Assembly: GCA_964619725.1 (NCBI GenBank)
Contig: CAZUFC010000001.1
Location: 64,001 to 128,000, forward strand
Source of the DNA: an uncultured bacterium
GTDB taxonomy: Bacteria > CSSED10-310 > CAZUFC01
Direction of reading: 5' to 3'
Length of the DNA: 64,000 nucleotides
A program made the position numbers and the translations under genes. The notes below the pieces were generated by a model, which saw nothing but the letters and a program-made list of their open reading frames with translations, did no database searches and was not told the DNA's origin. Shown here piece by piece: positions 29,071 to 39,322 of this stretch (position 1 is the stretch's first letter; every line of letters begins with the position of its first letter).

Positions 29071-30318
29071 TCAGGTCAATTCTTTCCAATTTCTGCCCGT
29101 TACTTTCAATGTTGTTTTGAAATGAAGTTTGGCGATATGCGACAATCCCTCTATGCCCCATCTTTTATATATTGCAGTTGCGGTTTCCACTGTCTTGGCG
29201 GAAGCCCCGCGGGGAATATTAATACCAGAGCGGTCCGACGCGTTTTTCAGGTATTTCAGGAAAGCATTTCTCGCCAGTATAGACGCCGCAGCCACGCCGG
29301 TATACCTCTCTCCCCCGGCAAACTGGTTCAGTTTAATTTCCGCAGCGGCATCCCCCAGCCTTTGTTTTAAATAAGCCTGGCGAGTAAACCTGTCTGTGAT
29401 TATCATCTTCGGTCGCAGGCCGTGTTGAAGGATGTTTTTTACGGCACGGGCGTGAGTCCAGGCGAGAAGATGATTCAATTTTTTTCCTTCGCTGAAAAAT
29501 TGAGAATAAAGCGTATTATAACGAGCGGGCGGAAGTTCGACGATTGAACAGGAGTTTTCTCCGCAAACCTGTTTTATTTGCCCGGCCAGTTCGAATATTT
29601 TTTTGTCCGATAATGTTTTGCTGTCCTTCACGCCCAGAGTCTGCAGAATTTCTTCCTTGTTGCTGTCAACCATCACCGCGGCCGAAACCAACGGGCCGAA
29701 ATAATCTCCCTTGCCGGCTTCATCCGTGCCGATATAGGGATAAAGCATGGGTTCTTCAGAGAATATTCTGATCTGTTCATCTTCGGAGACCCTTGATTGA
29801 ACGGCATTCAAATCGGCAGAAGCGGCGGCGGCCCCCTTTCCTTCCATGCAGAACAAACCGGAGCGGTATTGTTTGATCTCATAACTTTCTTTGTTTGATT
29901 TTACTTTGTATACATACTCATATTTTTTCCCGGGCGAGAAGGCCGGCTGACCGTATTTTTCCTGAAAATAGTTCCTGACCTTTGCGCGGCTTTCTTCTGA
30001 TAAACGGGTACAAAGATTCTCCAGAGGCTTCGGATCGAAATCGTTTTTTATTTTGTTCAATTCACCGGTCAGCTCATCAGGAAGACGCTTACCGTCAAGA
30101 ACGTAAAATTTCCCCGTTCGATAAGCATTAAGGCACAGAGAAAACGCGCTTTCAGAGCTGAGATGAAATTGAATGCCGTAGTCAATTTTTCGTGACGTTA
30201 AAGCAAAGCCCCGCTTTCCGGCAAACCGGTTCAGGACCGCTTCAAAACGCTCCAGGGGATCGCCCGGACCAGCGGCTTTGGAATTCTCGCCGGCGCTATG
30301 ATCCGAAATGACGGTCAT
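29071..30318 (-). CDS. rnhC: Ribonuclease HIII with extended N-terminus
   Basis: 'YIGTDEAGKGDYFGPLV', 'DSKTL', 'VAAASILAR', 'AKLHFKT'. Confidence 0.9.
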   Translation of the reverse strand: MTVISDHSAGENSKAAGPGDPLERFEAVLNRFAGKRGFALTSRKIDYGIQFHLSSESAFSLCLNAYRTGKFYVLDGKRLPDELTGELNKIKNDFDPKPLENLCTRLSEESRAKVRNYFQEKYGQPAFSPGKKYEYVYKVKSNKESYEIKQYRSGLFCMEGKGAAAASADLNAVQSRVSEDEQIRIFSEEPMLYPYIGTDEAGKGDYFGPLVSAAVMVDSNKEEILQTLGVKDSKTLSDKKIFELAGQIKQVCGENSCSIVELPPARYNTLYSQFFSEGKKLNHLLAWTHARAVKNILQHGLRPKMIITDRFTRQAYLKQRLGDAAAEIKLNQFAGGERYTGVAAASILARNAFLKYLKNASDRSGINIPRGASAKTVETATAIYKRWGIEGLSHIAKLHFKTTLKVTGRNWKELT

Positions 30319-30338
30319 GCGGAATACCCTTTCAACCT

Positions 30339-31043
30339 TTATTCATTTTCCCAATATTTATAAATCTTCCGGTGTTTTCCTATTTTTGTCTTCGGCTCTT
30401 TGCCTGATTTCAAATCTTTTCTGTCGGAAAGTTTTACCGCTTTGGCCTTCAATTTCACCTTATCGTCTTCAAGAACTACACGGAAATTCACAGCATTAGA
30501 TTTGTGCCGCTCGCTCATACTCTCCATCTTCTTCCGAATGACTCCGCGGAATTCTTCAAATTTAAGAGGTTGCGTCGATGATTTAAGTTTCTTCATGTTC
30601 CTCATGTAGGAAATGTATAATAACCGCATATCGCCCTTCTGTTTGAAAGGGTCCTTTATGAGTTTATTAACGTCTTTACTCACCTGGTGCGATCTGTGTT
30701 TATCCGCCGGGTCCCCTATCACGCCTTCGGGCGTAGTCTCAATGTGCGCTCTCGTCCCTATGTTGATCCCCTCTTCCATGGTTCTGATGCGTCTTCCCCA
30801 GTATTCCCTCAGGGTATTGTATTTCGCTATAAAATTGTAATAGCGAAAGCGATCTACGCCTCTCAGCAGCTTATCCGAACCGGCATACTTCCGTATCACT
30901 TTTCTTATCTGAATTTCCGTTACATTCGGCGGAGATTTGCGGGCTCCTACAAAATACTGATTAAACTCAGCCCTCAATTGTTTCAGCTTGGTCTCCAACC
31001 ACTTGAAATCATTTTCAAGCTGCTGTCGCTCTTGTTCGTCCAT
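30339..31043 (-). CDS. Conserved hypothetical protein, MXAN_5187 C-terminal-domain-like
   Basis: 'LRAEFNQYFVGARKSPP', 'YNTLREYWGR', 'FRVVLEDDKVKLKAK' resemble that family (from memory). Confidence 0.55.
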   Translation of the reverse strand: MDEQERQQLENDFKWLETKLKQLRAEFNQYFVGARKSPPNVTEIQIRKVIRKYAGSDKLLRGVDRFRYYNFIAKYNTLREYWGRRIRTMEEGINIGTRAHIETTPEGVIGDPADKHRSHQVSKDVNKLIKDPFKQKGDMRLLYISYMRNMKKLKSSTQPLKFEEFRGVIRKKMESMSERHKSNAVNFRVVLEDDKVKLKAKAVKLSDRKDLKSGKEPKTKIGKHRKIYKYWENE

Positions 31044-31049
31044 AAAATA

Positions 31050-31439
31050 TCAATCCCTCGCATATTGAAAAAAAGACAAAAGGGGATACCATAACTCACG
31101 ACCGAAAGGATACTCGCATCCGTTAAACAAAAGCTTCCAGGGAGTCTCCCCGGCCATTTTATCGGTCAGCCGGAACAAATGATCCGCCTGATGCGTTTCA
31201 AACAGAACGTAATGAACATTTTCTTTTTTCTTATACGCTATGTCGCCGGGCAGTTCTGAAAAAAAATCGCCGCAGGATGTTCTGATACCCTCGTCAGCTT
31301 CCGGAATCGCCAGAGTAATCACATAATGTTCACGAGCTTCTTCGCGAAAAATTTCCTTTTTCAGGTCTGAAGCATCTCCGCATAACGGGCACGGGCGTTC
31401 ACCGCCGGGAAATCCGCAACGGAAACATTTGATATTCAT
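31050..31439 (-). CDS. Hypothetical protein with N-terminal Zn ribbon
   Basis: CFRC...CPLC; ggagg RBS upstream; 6-nt gap to the next gene. Confidence 0.6.
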   Translation of the reverse strand: MNIKCFRCGFPGGERPCPLCGDASDLKKEIFREEAREHYVITLAIPEADEGIRTSCGDFFSELPGDIAYKKKENVHYVLFETHQADHLFRLTDKMAGETPWKLLFNGCEYPFGRELWYPLLSFFQYARD

Positions 31440-31731
31440 CCTTGTTGAACCTCCCCGAAACTCATCCCTTAAACGACATTAATAAAGAGACAAACAGACT
31501 GTCAAGCCCCACATCCGCCGCCCGTTTTGAGCGCCGAAAGTGTCGATAATACCGAAAATAAAGAATCATGCTGTGAATTGGGATGAAGCGAGCCATTCAT
31601 CAATACGGTATTTTTATTTCATTGTATAATAAGGAAGCTGAAGCTTTAACGGCGAACTCTGCAGGGTCATGGTCTCGATCTGCTTATCTCGTTCAACGGT
31701 ACTCAGGGGGAAGTGAGTTTGCCGGCATAAG

Positions 31732-33579
31732 TTAATCGGCAGTGAGCGCACTTTTAATCTTTATTCTGGTCAAGCAAGCGGATATATGGCGCTTAATAGG
31801 TTCAGAGCGATCATAAAGCTCAAAAATGACCTTATATATCCCTTCAGGCATCCGATAAGGCGCTCTCACGACATAACTTTCTACTCCGCCTTTTCCTATT
31901 CCAGCGAATGCGGGATCAAAACGGCGACGAAGAAATATTCTGTCATTTTTCGATAAAAGTATCGCAGGCGTCTTTTCCTCAATTGCATCGACTGAACCGG
32001 GAAGCCAGTCAATATGCAATTCGATGAAATCTCCCGGATATGCCTCCAGTTCATTGAGACTCCACCTGCCGATAAATTCCATTAACTCTTCCGGTATATC
32101 CCTGCGCCAGACCAGATTCTCATGTTCAACCTTATCGTATGTATGAAAGGGATCGAAAACATAAAACTCACCCAATGCCTGAATGCCTGCCTGCCGGATT
32201 AATCCGCTGTTTCTGCGCGTGAGGACGAGCGGGGCGGAAAAATTGCGTCGTAAAGGCATGCTTATATTTTCCAGCTCTTCTTTTTTCATAAATCGCAATT
32301 CTGTCCTGAAATACTCGGATGAACGCAGGACTCTCTTGCAGTAGAAAAAAGGCATCCCTTCAGCCCAGTCTGTCCATATTTCTTTATCCTGGTTAATACT
32401 GCGAAGAGCATGCAGAGCATTTTTTTCCGGAGCGTAATAGTTACGGTAGTCGGTAAGAAATTCCGGCGGTCCCGACATCATAAAAAAACCGGTTACGGAT
32501 GACAGGACGACGGCTGCAGCGGCCACGGTCACGGCATTTCTGAAACCGAATATTTTGAATTTTTCGCCGAAACTTAACATCCCCTGGGGGATAAATAAAA
32601 CAAATCCGATAACCCCCGGAATAATGTATTCATGTATGTCCTCTATCCCGTAAAACAGAGTCACTGTAATGCTCCAGGCGATCATCCACAGCAGTATCCA
32701 ACGTCCCGGCATCTTTTTACGGAACGCAGACCACATCCCTGTCGCTGCCGTAACCACGGCGAAAAAGGGCAGACTGATGCACGTATGAGCCGCCCAGTAA
32801 ATAATTCTTTCCAGGTCTAATGCAATAAATTCGCGGCTGAATCCCGATCCGGATACGTACCGAAGAAAATCTTCTATACTCTGAAGGTTCCATTGCCCCG
32901 GATCGGCCATACGGCGCGACAATAATATGTCGGAAAAACGTATAGAACAGCCTGAAATAAAAAAAAGCAAATTTAATCCTGAAAAAGTGACTTTTCTTCG
33001 CCCCGCTTTGTTCCAGATTCCGTGAAAAAGAATCGGAACTAAAAATAATGATAAGTAGTGCGTCTGCAAAGCCAGTCCCGTTAAAAGCGAAGCCGCCGGA
33101 AGAAACTTTCCGGCATTATGGGCGGACCCCGAATATGAATTCAACAATAAGTATATGACTATCGTGAATAAGGCCGAATTGACCGCATAGGCTTCCGGCC
33201 TAATCGCCTGGTTGAAAAAAGTAAATGATAAAAACAGGCTCAGCGTCGCTCCAGTCGCCGCCAGGACAGACAACCTCCTGTATAAAAGACCTGTTATCGC
33301 CAGAACGACCGTTACGCATAACCCCGCGCTTACAGCCGACAGCAACGCGCTCCTGTATCCCGGCGCACCGAACGGCAAAAAATCGCATAGCTTCAAAAGA
33401 TGATTATAAACCGGCGAACCGGGAGGATGGAAAGGAAACATCTGCCGGCACGCCGCCGCGCTTTCCCCGCCATCGCCTTTCATTACGCCGGAAGGTATTC
33501 TTCCTAAAAAACTTCCGAACGTAACCAGGAAAATAAAACCGAAAAAAAATGGTGAATAATGCCGCCTGGTTATCCGCAC
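31732..33579 (-). CDS. DUF2723/TMEM260-like GT-C membrane glycosyltransferase
   Basis: 'GDGGE...HPPGSPVY' and 'QAIRPEAY' match the DUF2723 GDSGE/HPPGYP/EVY pattern; multiple TMs. Confidence 0.75.
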   Translation of the reverse strand: MRITRRHYSPFFFGFIFLVTFGSFLGRIPSGVMKGDGGESAAACRQMFPFHPPGSPVYNHLLKLCDFLPFGAPGYRSALLSAVSAGLCVTVVLAITGLLYRRLSVLAATGATLSLFLSFTFFNQAIRPEAYAVNSALFTIVIYLLLNSYSGSAHNAGKFLPAASLLTGLALQTHYLSLFLVPILFHGIWNKAGRRKVTFSGLNLLFFISGCSIRFSDILLSRRMADPGQWNLQSIEDFLRYVSGSGFSREFIALDLERIIYWAAHTCISLPFFAVVTAATGMWSAFRKKMPGRWILLWMIAWSITVTLFYGIEDIHEYIIPGVIGFVLFIPQGMLSFGEKFKIFGFRNAVTVAAAAVVLSSVTGFFMMSGPPEFLTDYRNYYAPEKNALHALRSINQDKEIWTDWAEGMPFFYCKRVLRSSEYFRTELRFMKKEELENISMPLRRNFSAPLVLTRRNSGLIRQAGIQALGEFYVFDPFHTYDKVEHENLVWRRDIPEELMEFIGRWSLNELEAYPGDFIELHIDWLPGSVDAIEEKTPAILLSKNDRIFLRRRFDPAFAGIGKGGVESYVVRAPYRMPEGIYKVIFELYDRSEPIKRHISACLTRIKIKSALTAD

Positions 33580-34160
33580 GTCAGCATACGTTCTTCCGTT
33601 GACAAATTATCATAAATTCGCCTTATCCAAATGAAATGCTGCTTCTCCTCTTCCCCCAGATCGAATATTATTTTCTTCGCCTTCTTCGTCTTGACCCTCT
33701 TCATCACATCCATTAAATACTTGAAATTGTCATACTCGATCCTCATCGCATATTTTAAAACAGCTCCCATCGAACAACTCTCCAGCAGTTTTCTGAAATC
33801 CTCCGCCTTGAACAATTCAAAATGCGGCAACTCCTCAACATCCGGAGGTTCAAAGTCAAATTTATACACCGGTTTCTTCTCTCCCGCATACTCAATCTCT
33901 TCCTCAGAGTAAGCATATTTATCACCCTGGGCGGTCACTTCAGCATAAACTTTTTCTTTTTCTATGTTGGCTAATTCAGCCTGCAGCGTATCCGCGTGAC
34001 GCATCTCCTCAACAGCCAACTTCTCAAATAGAGTCACGATTGATTTTCTGCTGACGAATTTAGCCGCATCAGAGAAAAACTTCTGTCCGCGTTTCTCCTC
34101 TTTAATCAAAGTCCTCATTAACTTCAACAAAACCTCTTTATCCTCCCTCCGCAACGTCAT
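33570..34160 (-). CDS. Ferritin-like / rubrerythrin-family di-iron protein
   Basis: 'LAVEEMRH' and 'LGEEEKQH' ExxH motifs; gaggag RBS before ATG 34160. Confidence 0.75.
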   Translation of the reverse strand: MTLRREDKEVLLKLMRTLIKEEKRGQKFFSDAAKFVSRKSIVTLFEKLAVEEMRHADTLQAELANIEKEKVYAEVTAQGDKYAYSEEEIEYAGEKKPVYKFDFEPPDVEELPHFELFKAEDFRKLLESCSMGAVLKYAMRIEYDNFKYLMDVMKRVKTKKAKKIIFDLGEEEKQHFIWIRRIYDNLSTEERMLTCG

Positions 34161-34292
34161 ATTTTCTTCTCCTCTCACTATTGATTCAAATAGTGTTCAG
34201 TAATCGCCGTTTATAATATAAATGTCTGGGCAGAGAGATTCAAGTTTCAATCCTGACGATACCGGCTCTTGAAATATGCAACAGTAATTATC

Positions 34293-34384
34293 GGGACTGA
34301 TCAAATCGGGGTTGAACTTTTATAGAATATTTGACTGATGCTGCGAAAATTGTTACCTCGACACACGGTTATTTGATCAGTGTC
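34293..34384. mobile_element. Short MITE-like element (family B)
   Basis: Begins gggactgatcaaa, ends tttgatcagtgtc; overlaps the stop codon of 34369..36828. Confidence 0.55.
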
Positions 34385-36828
34385 TGTTTATCGCCTGCTT
34401 CCTGGCGGAAAAACATCATCATGGACAACGCCAGGATGAGAACCGTCAAGCCTGTTGCTCCAGCTGCGGGAACATCTGCCGGATCGGGGGTAGGAGAAGG
34501 GAAAACCGACAGAAAATAATGAAAGCCCATATCGACTGTACCCTGGTCTGAGACATTATCTGTTCTTGTGGTGCACTGATTAAGATAAATTCTGCGATAG
34601 TCGCTGCCGAAGCTGATATTTTCAGCCTGCGTGCTGCCTGCGTCGAGACAGGGACTGTCAAGTGGCTGTCCCGCGGCCGTCTGGCTTAAACAGCAAGCGC
34701 CGTAAGGGCCTGAAATAAAGAGAGGATCAGAACTTATGTTTCCTGTTCCGGGATAACCCTCCTCGACATCGCAGTATGAAACCTCGGCATCCGATTCATA
34801 AATGAAAAAGTCCTGGCCTGAATTGTTCCATATAATGCTGTTGGCGCAGTGCACATAACTGTCTCCATAGCAAAATACGCCGTTGATGCTGCTGCCGGTT
34901 ACAGTGCAGTTCATGACGGTTAAACTTGCAAAGAAACTCGCCGCTAATCCGTTATCCTGGTTATTCCGTATAAGACAATTCGTCACCGCAGGATTACCTC
35001 CGTACATGCTGCATAATGCCCCGCCGTGATACCCCGTTTCGTTGACGCATGACTCTATTATGCAGTTATCGATCTGAGGCGAGCTTCCGTCGCACAGGAT
35101 ACCGCAACCGAAGCCGCTGATGTAACCGTTTCTTATGGTGAATCCTTCCAGGATGGATTGGGATGTTTCTTCATTTTCGAAAAGGAATCCTCTGGTCTGG
35201 TACTGACAATCGACTACACATGCTTGAGGTCCGTTTTCCGATATGACGGCGACGCCTTTGCCGAGGAAGCTGACGTTTGTGTTGCCGGCGCCGGCGTATG
35301 TACCGTCGGCTACGAGGATGACGGCTCCCGAAATGGATGCAGCTATAGCTTCCTGGATCGTATCATAATCCTGCGGAACCCTTATTATGCCGGGGTCAGT
35401 CGTTGGAGTCGACGTAGGAACGGGCGTCATCGTCAAGGTCGGGCCGGGCGTCGGCGTCATAAAAGACGAGGGTTTATCGTGATATCCCATATCAGCAATT
35501 CCGGCGTCCGGCGTTTCGTCCGTTCGCGTCGTAAGTTGATCCAGGCATACATACCCCTCTGAAATATTAAAACATATCGTTCCTGCCGCCGCGCTGCCTG
35601 CATCCAGACATGGGCTATCCTCAAGCTGGCCGGCTGACGTCTGGCTCAAATAATAAGCTCCGTCAGGACCTTCTGTAAAAAGCGGGTCCCCGTCGATCAT
35701 GCCCGCACCCCACTGAAGCTGACATCCCAGCTCAATATAAACTCCGGACTGACCTCCCTGAACGTCGCTGTAACTTATATCCAATACCGACGGTTCGGAA
35801 TCGTAACCCAAATATAATTCAGAACCCTGACTCGCCGTATCTCCCCATAATATCCCGTTCACTATGCTCGGCGATGCCTCGAAACAATAAATACAACCGC
35901 CCCGTATCGCCGTGTTCCCGGAAAAAGTGCAATTTCTGACGGAACCCTGCGAGTCGTAAAATGATATCGCACCGCCGCCGAAATGATCCGTCGGTACATT
36001 CGCGGCATTTTCTATGAAAAGAGAGTTGTTGATGACCGGTGAAGAATCGGATGCATCGATCCCGCCGCCTCCCCTCTCAGCAGAATTCTCAAAAAATAAA
36101 CTGTTGTTTATTAATGAGTCCGAACCGGACCAGCACTCGATCGCTCCGCCATAACACCCCGTATTTCCGTGAAATATGCAATCAAAAATAAGGGCGCTCG
36201 AACCAGATAAATATATTCCTCCACCCAGCATGACCGCAGAATTCCAGTTGAAGGAACATCTCTTGATGATCGGCGATGACCCGTAACTGCATATCCCGCC
36301 GCCGTTCTGGGCCCGGTTGGTTATAAAAATGCAATTGATTATCGAAGGGGAGGCAGAATTCGTGCACATCAAACCCCCGCCGGCGCTGTACGTCGGGGAC
36401 GAAGAACCCGTATTGTTCGTGAACGCACAATTCCTTATAGTCGGTGACGTCCCTTCGCATAATATCCCGCCCCCGTATTCCGTCGAACCCGACGGCAATC
36501 CGTTGCGTATTTTGAAACCGCTCACCTCCGAATCTCCAGCCTCGCCGCCAACGAAAATGAATCCCCTCCCGCTGTGCTCGCAGTCAATAACGCAATTCTG
36601 ATAACCGTTCTCTGAAATCACCGAGATGCCCTTGCCTCCAAAATCTAAATTTCGGTTGCCGGACCCGGAAAATGTTCCGTCCGCTACCAATACCGTGTCG
36701 CCCTCATTCGCTGCATTAATCCCCGCCTGGATCGTAAGCGCCTCCGAAGGTACATGAATCACCGCACCATAAGCCGGTCCGCTAAAAAAGAATGTCACTG
36801 ACCAAATTACCTGTATTCTGAGCTTCAT
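34369..36828 (-). CDS. Secreted tandem right-handed beta-helix (Pmp/pectin-lyase-like) protein with IPTL-CTERM-like anchor
   Basis: Two modules starting 'I(H/R)VP..(A/Y)(L/D)TIQ..I'; GG(G/A)I and FxxN repeats; PT linker; C-terminal VPAAGATG plus TM. Confidence 0.8.
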   Translation of the reverse strand: MKLRIQVIWSVTFFFSGPAYGAVIHVPSEALTIQAGINAANEGDTVLVADGTFSGSGNRNLDFGGKGISVISENGYQNCVIDCEHSGRGFIFVGGEAGDSEVSGFKIRNGLPSGSTEYGGGILCEGTSPTIRNCAFTNNTGSSSPTYSAGGGLMCTNSASPSIINCIFITNRAQNGGGICSYGSSPIIKRCSFNWNSAVMLGGGIYLSGSSALIFDCIFHGNTGCYGGAIECWSGSDSLINNSLFFENSAERGGGGIDASDSSPVINNSLFIENAANVPTDHFGGGAISFYDSQGSVRNCTFSGNTAIRGGCIYCFEASPSIVNGILWGDTASQGSELYLGYDSEPSVLDISYSDVQGGQSGVYIELGCQLQWGAGMIDGDPLFTEGPDGAYYLSQTSAGQLEDSPCLDAGSAAAGTICFNISEGYVCLDQLTTRTDETPDAGIADMGYHDKPSSFMTPTPGPTLTMTPVPTSTPTTDPGIIRVPQDYDTIQEAIAASISGAVILVADGTYAGAGNTNVSFLGKGVAVISENGPQACVVDCQYQTRGFLFENEETSQSILEGFTIRNGYISGFGCGILCDGSSPQIDNCIIESCVNETGYHGGALCSMYGGNPAVTNCLIRNNQDNGLAASFFASLTVMNCTVTGSSINGVFCYGDSYVHCANSIIWNNSGQDFFIYESDAEVSYCDVEEGYPGTGNISSDPLFISGPYGACCLSQTAAGQPLDSPCLDAGSTQAENISFGSDYRRIYLNQCTTRTDNVSDQGTVDMGFHYFLSVFPSPTPDPADVPAAGATGLTVLILALSMMMFFRQEAGDKQTLIK

Positions 36829-37127
36829 CAGCCATCTCCTCCCTCATTCATCATAATCGAAAAACCGTCGCTACACAAAACCGTCCAACATAAGGCAATA
36901 TCGATACCGACTTATTCAAATCAGGGCATTTCAGGAGTAACCTGCTGTTTTTATTACTCTTTATAATTGATGCAACGTTCCTGATGAACTTTTTCACACT
37001 ATTCAAAACAAACCTGATGCGCATATTTTTGTGTACGAGGGTGGACTTTGGGCCCTCACGGAAACACTCCCGCGCGATAACGACATTAAACACGTCACCA
37101 TTCGTTGCCGGTGAGCGAAAATTCCCC

Positions 37128-37310
37128 TAACCCGCATTTCTCATACAAAACCTGTTACGAGCGTCCATATCCCCGCACCTTCAAGCGCTGCTCCCTGCGG
37201 CCTTGCTCAACGTAGCGCTGCTATGTTTCCGCAGTCCTTCAGTCCGCCATGCTTGAATCTGCGGGAATCTGAACGCTCTCACTACGATTTTGTATGAGAA
37301 ATCCGGGCTA
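37128..37310. repeat. 183-bp long-palindrome element bounded by TA (family C)
   Basis: taacccgcatttctcatacaaaa vs reverse complement of ttttgtatgagaaatccgggcta match at 21/23; inner arms gagcgtcc...ttcaagc / gcttgaa...gaacgctc. Confidence 0.75.
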
Positions 37311-37504
37311 AATGGACGTCAAGTTTAAACTCGATCACGACAACGAACAGCTCATTAACGTTTTTTGCTTTAAAAACAATGACCTGCTCCGCTTATCCCC
37401 TAGCCGAGGCCAGGAGGGGAGAAGCGGCACGGGCGCCGGGGGGTTGACGCGGCCGGAAAAAACGATTATTTTGCAGAATAAGTGCATTATTGCCGGAGGT
37501 GATT

Positions 37505-38731
37505 ATGAAATACTACAAAAGGGCAATTGAAGATGCGGTCATTAAAGCCGACCGTCAGTTTCCTGTTCTCTTGATTACCGGTCCGAGGCAAGTGGGTAAA
37601 ACAACGCTCGCGCATCATCTACAAAAAAGGGGGCAGAATTATGTAACTCTGGATGATCCCATTCTGCGTAATCTTGCGTTTGAAGACCCGGCTTTATTCC
37701 TGCAAAGATACAGTCCCCCAGTAATAATAGATGAGATACAATATGCGCCGAACCTGCTGCCTTATATAAAAATGAAAGTCGACGAAGAACAGAAGCCCGG
37801 AATGTTCTGGCTTACGGGATCGCAACAGTTTGTAATGATGGAAGGAATAACGGAAAGTCTGGCCGGCCGTGCGGCAATTCTGACGCTACTGGGATTTTCA
37901 AGCCGGGAAGCGGATGAGAGATCGATACGATTAAAACCCTTTTTACCGAAGCTGGAGCTCATAGAGGAGCGCGGGGCGACAGGTTCTGAAACTTCGACAG
38001 GAGAAATATTTAAAAAAATATGGATGGGCATGATGCCGGCGCTGGCGACAGGGCGGATCACGGATCATGAATTGTTTTACAGTTCATATGTTCAGACTTA
38101 CCTGGAGCGTGACGTCAGGTCATTGTCTCAAATCGGCAATGAGCATGCATTCATCCGTTTTTTGCAGTCATGCGCGGCCAGAACCGCTCAAATGCTGAAT
38201 TTACAAGATTTAGCCAGGGATATCGACATTAGCATCAACACAGTGAAATCCTGGATTTCCATATTACGAGCGAGTCATCAGATCGCCTTGCTTCAGCCTT
38301 ACCACAGCAACATCACGAAACGATTGATTAAAACACCCAAGCTTTATTTTCTTGATACAGGACTATGTTCATATCTGACGGGCTGGAATTCTTTTGAAAC
38401 GCTGGAAAAAGGAGCGATGAGAGGCGCCATATTTGAGACATTCGTATATTGTGAACTGGTAAAAAGTTGGCATAACATGCTGAAAACGCCGCCGTTGACT
38501 TATTACAGGGACAGGGACGGCAGAGAAATCGATTTTCTGTTTGAAGAAAACGGTCGTTTTTATCCTGTTGAAGCGAAACTAAGCGCATCTCCAGACAGAA
38601 AATGGACCCGGCATTTCAAGGCGCTTGAAAAATTCGACAAACCGGTAGGCGAAGGCGGCGTGGTATGTCTGTATGCTCAGCCGGTACCCCTGAAAGAAAA
38701 CATCCAATGCATCCCCGCGGGTATTCTTTAG
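37505..38731 (+). CDS. AAA_14 ATPase with DUF4143 domain
   Basis: 'GPRQVGKT', 'IIDEIQY', 'LTGSQ', 'PKLYFLDTG', 'EIDF...VEAK'; ggaggt RBS before ATG 37505. Confidence 0.9.
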   Translation: MKYYKRAIEDAVIKADRQFPVLLITGPRQVGKTTLAHHLQKRGQNYVTLDDPILRNLAFEDPALFLQRYSPPVIIDEIQYAPNLLPYIKMKVDEEQKPGMFWLTGSQQFVMMEGITESLAGRAAILTLLGFSSREADERSIRLKPFLPKLELIEERGATGSETSTGEIFKKIWMGMMPALATGRITDHELFYSSYVQTYLERDVRSLSQIGNEHAFIRFLQSCAARTAQMLNLQDLARDIDISINTVKSWISILRASHQIALLQPYHSNITKRLIKTPKLYFLDTGLCSYLTGWNSFETLEKGAMRGAIFETFVYCELVKSWHNMLKTPPLTYYRDRDGREIDFLFEENGRFYPVEAKLSASPDRKWTRHFKALEKFDKPVGEGGVVCLYAQPVPLKENIQCIPAGIL

Positions 38732-38732
38732 C

Positions 38733-38857
38733 GAGACTGATCAAATGGTAGTTATACTTTTTGAGGAGTTCTCCTTTTTTATCCGTGATGATCCGTGATA
38801 TCCATGGTTGTTGCAGGCTGCAATATTGTATTCAAAATCCCGGTCATTTGATCATCG
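38733..38857. mobile_element. Degenerate MITE-like element (family B)
   Basis: gagactgatcaaat...atttgatca ends; internal atccgtga tandem. Confidence 0.45.
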
Positions 38858-39118
38858 CCTTCTTAGTCTCTGTCCACAAGCGTCGATTTTCCCGAATTTT
38901 ACTTCAGTTTGCTGATTTGCTCAGTCAACGTATAAGCGATACGTCGACTTCGGCGAACAGATTGACACGACGGGTAAGAATCAATTAATGTTTTCCAAAA
39001 GCCGGCGGGCAATGAAGTTTCAGATAGACGACTCGAATGCAGGCCTGAATCGGATAAAGAAGACTAAATAACCGTCGCTGTTAAAAAATGAGTCTCATAT
39101 TTCAGGAAGGAAGAGACT

Positions 39119-39322
39119 ATGACCAGGGAACAGGAAGAGATACCTGACGTTTCAATGACAAACACAAAGAAAGAGATGCCGGCGGCCTATAAGGAGTTGG
39201 TGGAAGAAATCGGGACGGTGGAAAAGGAGCTGGAGCAGCGGGAAAAAACTGAGCTGCTAAGCCAATCCGGCTCCCTCATCCGGTCCAGTATACCGGGAAG
39301 GCGATGCTCTTATGAGCGGTGA
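39119..39322 (+). CDS. Small hypothetical protein
   Basis: Purine-rich RBS; acidic coiled-coil-like; overlaps the start of the lipid kinase gene. Confidence 0.4.
   Translation: MTREQEEIPDVSMTNTKKEMPAAYKELVEEIGTVEKELEQREKTELLSQSGSLIRSSIPGRRCSYER

Noticed and set aside
31650-31725. TPP riboswitch or 6S/SRP RNA
   Set aside because: A closing stem (ggcgaactc/gagtttgcc) exists, but the conserved cores of these RNAs are absent.
37505-38731. AAA_14/DUF4143 gene as a new defence system
   Set aside because: A common stand-alone family with no partner genes here to support the claim.
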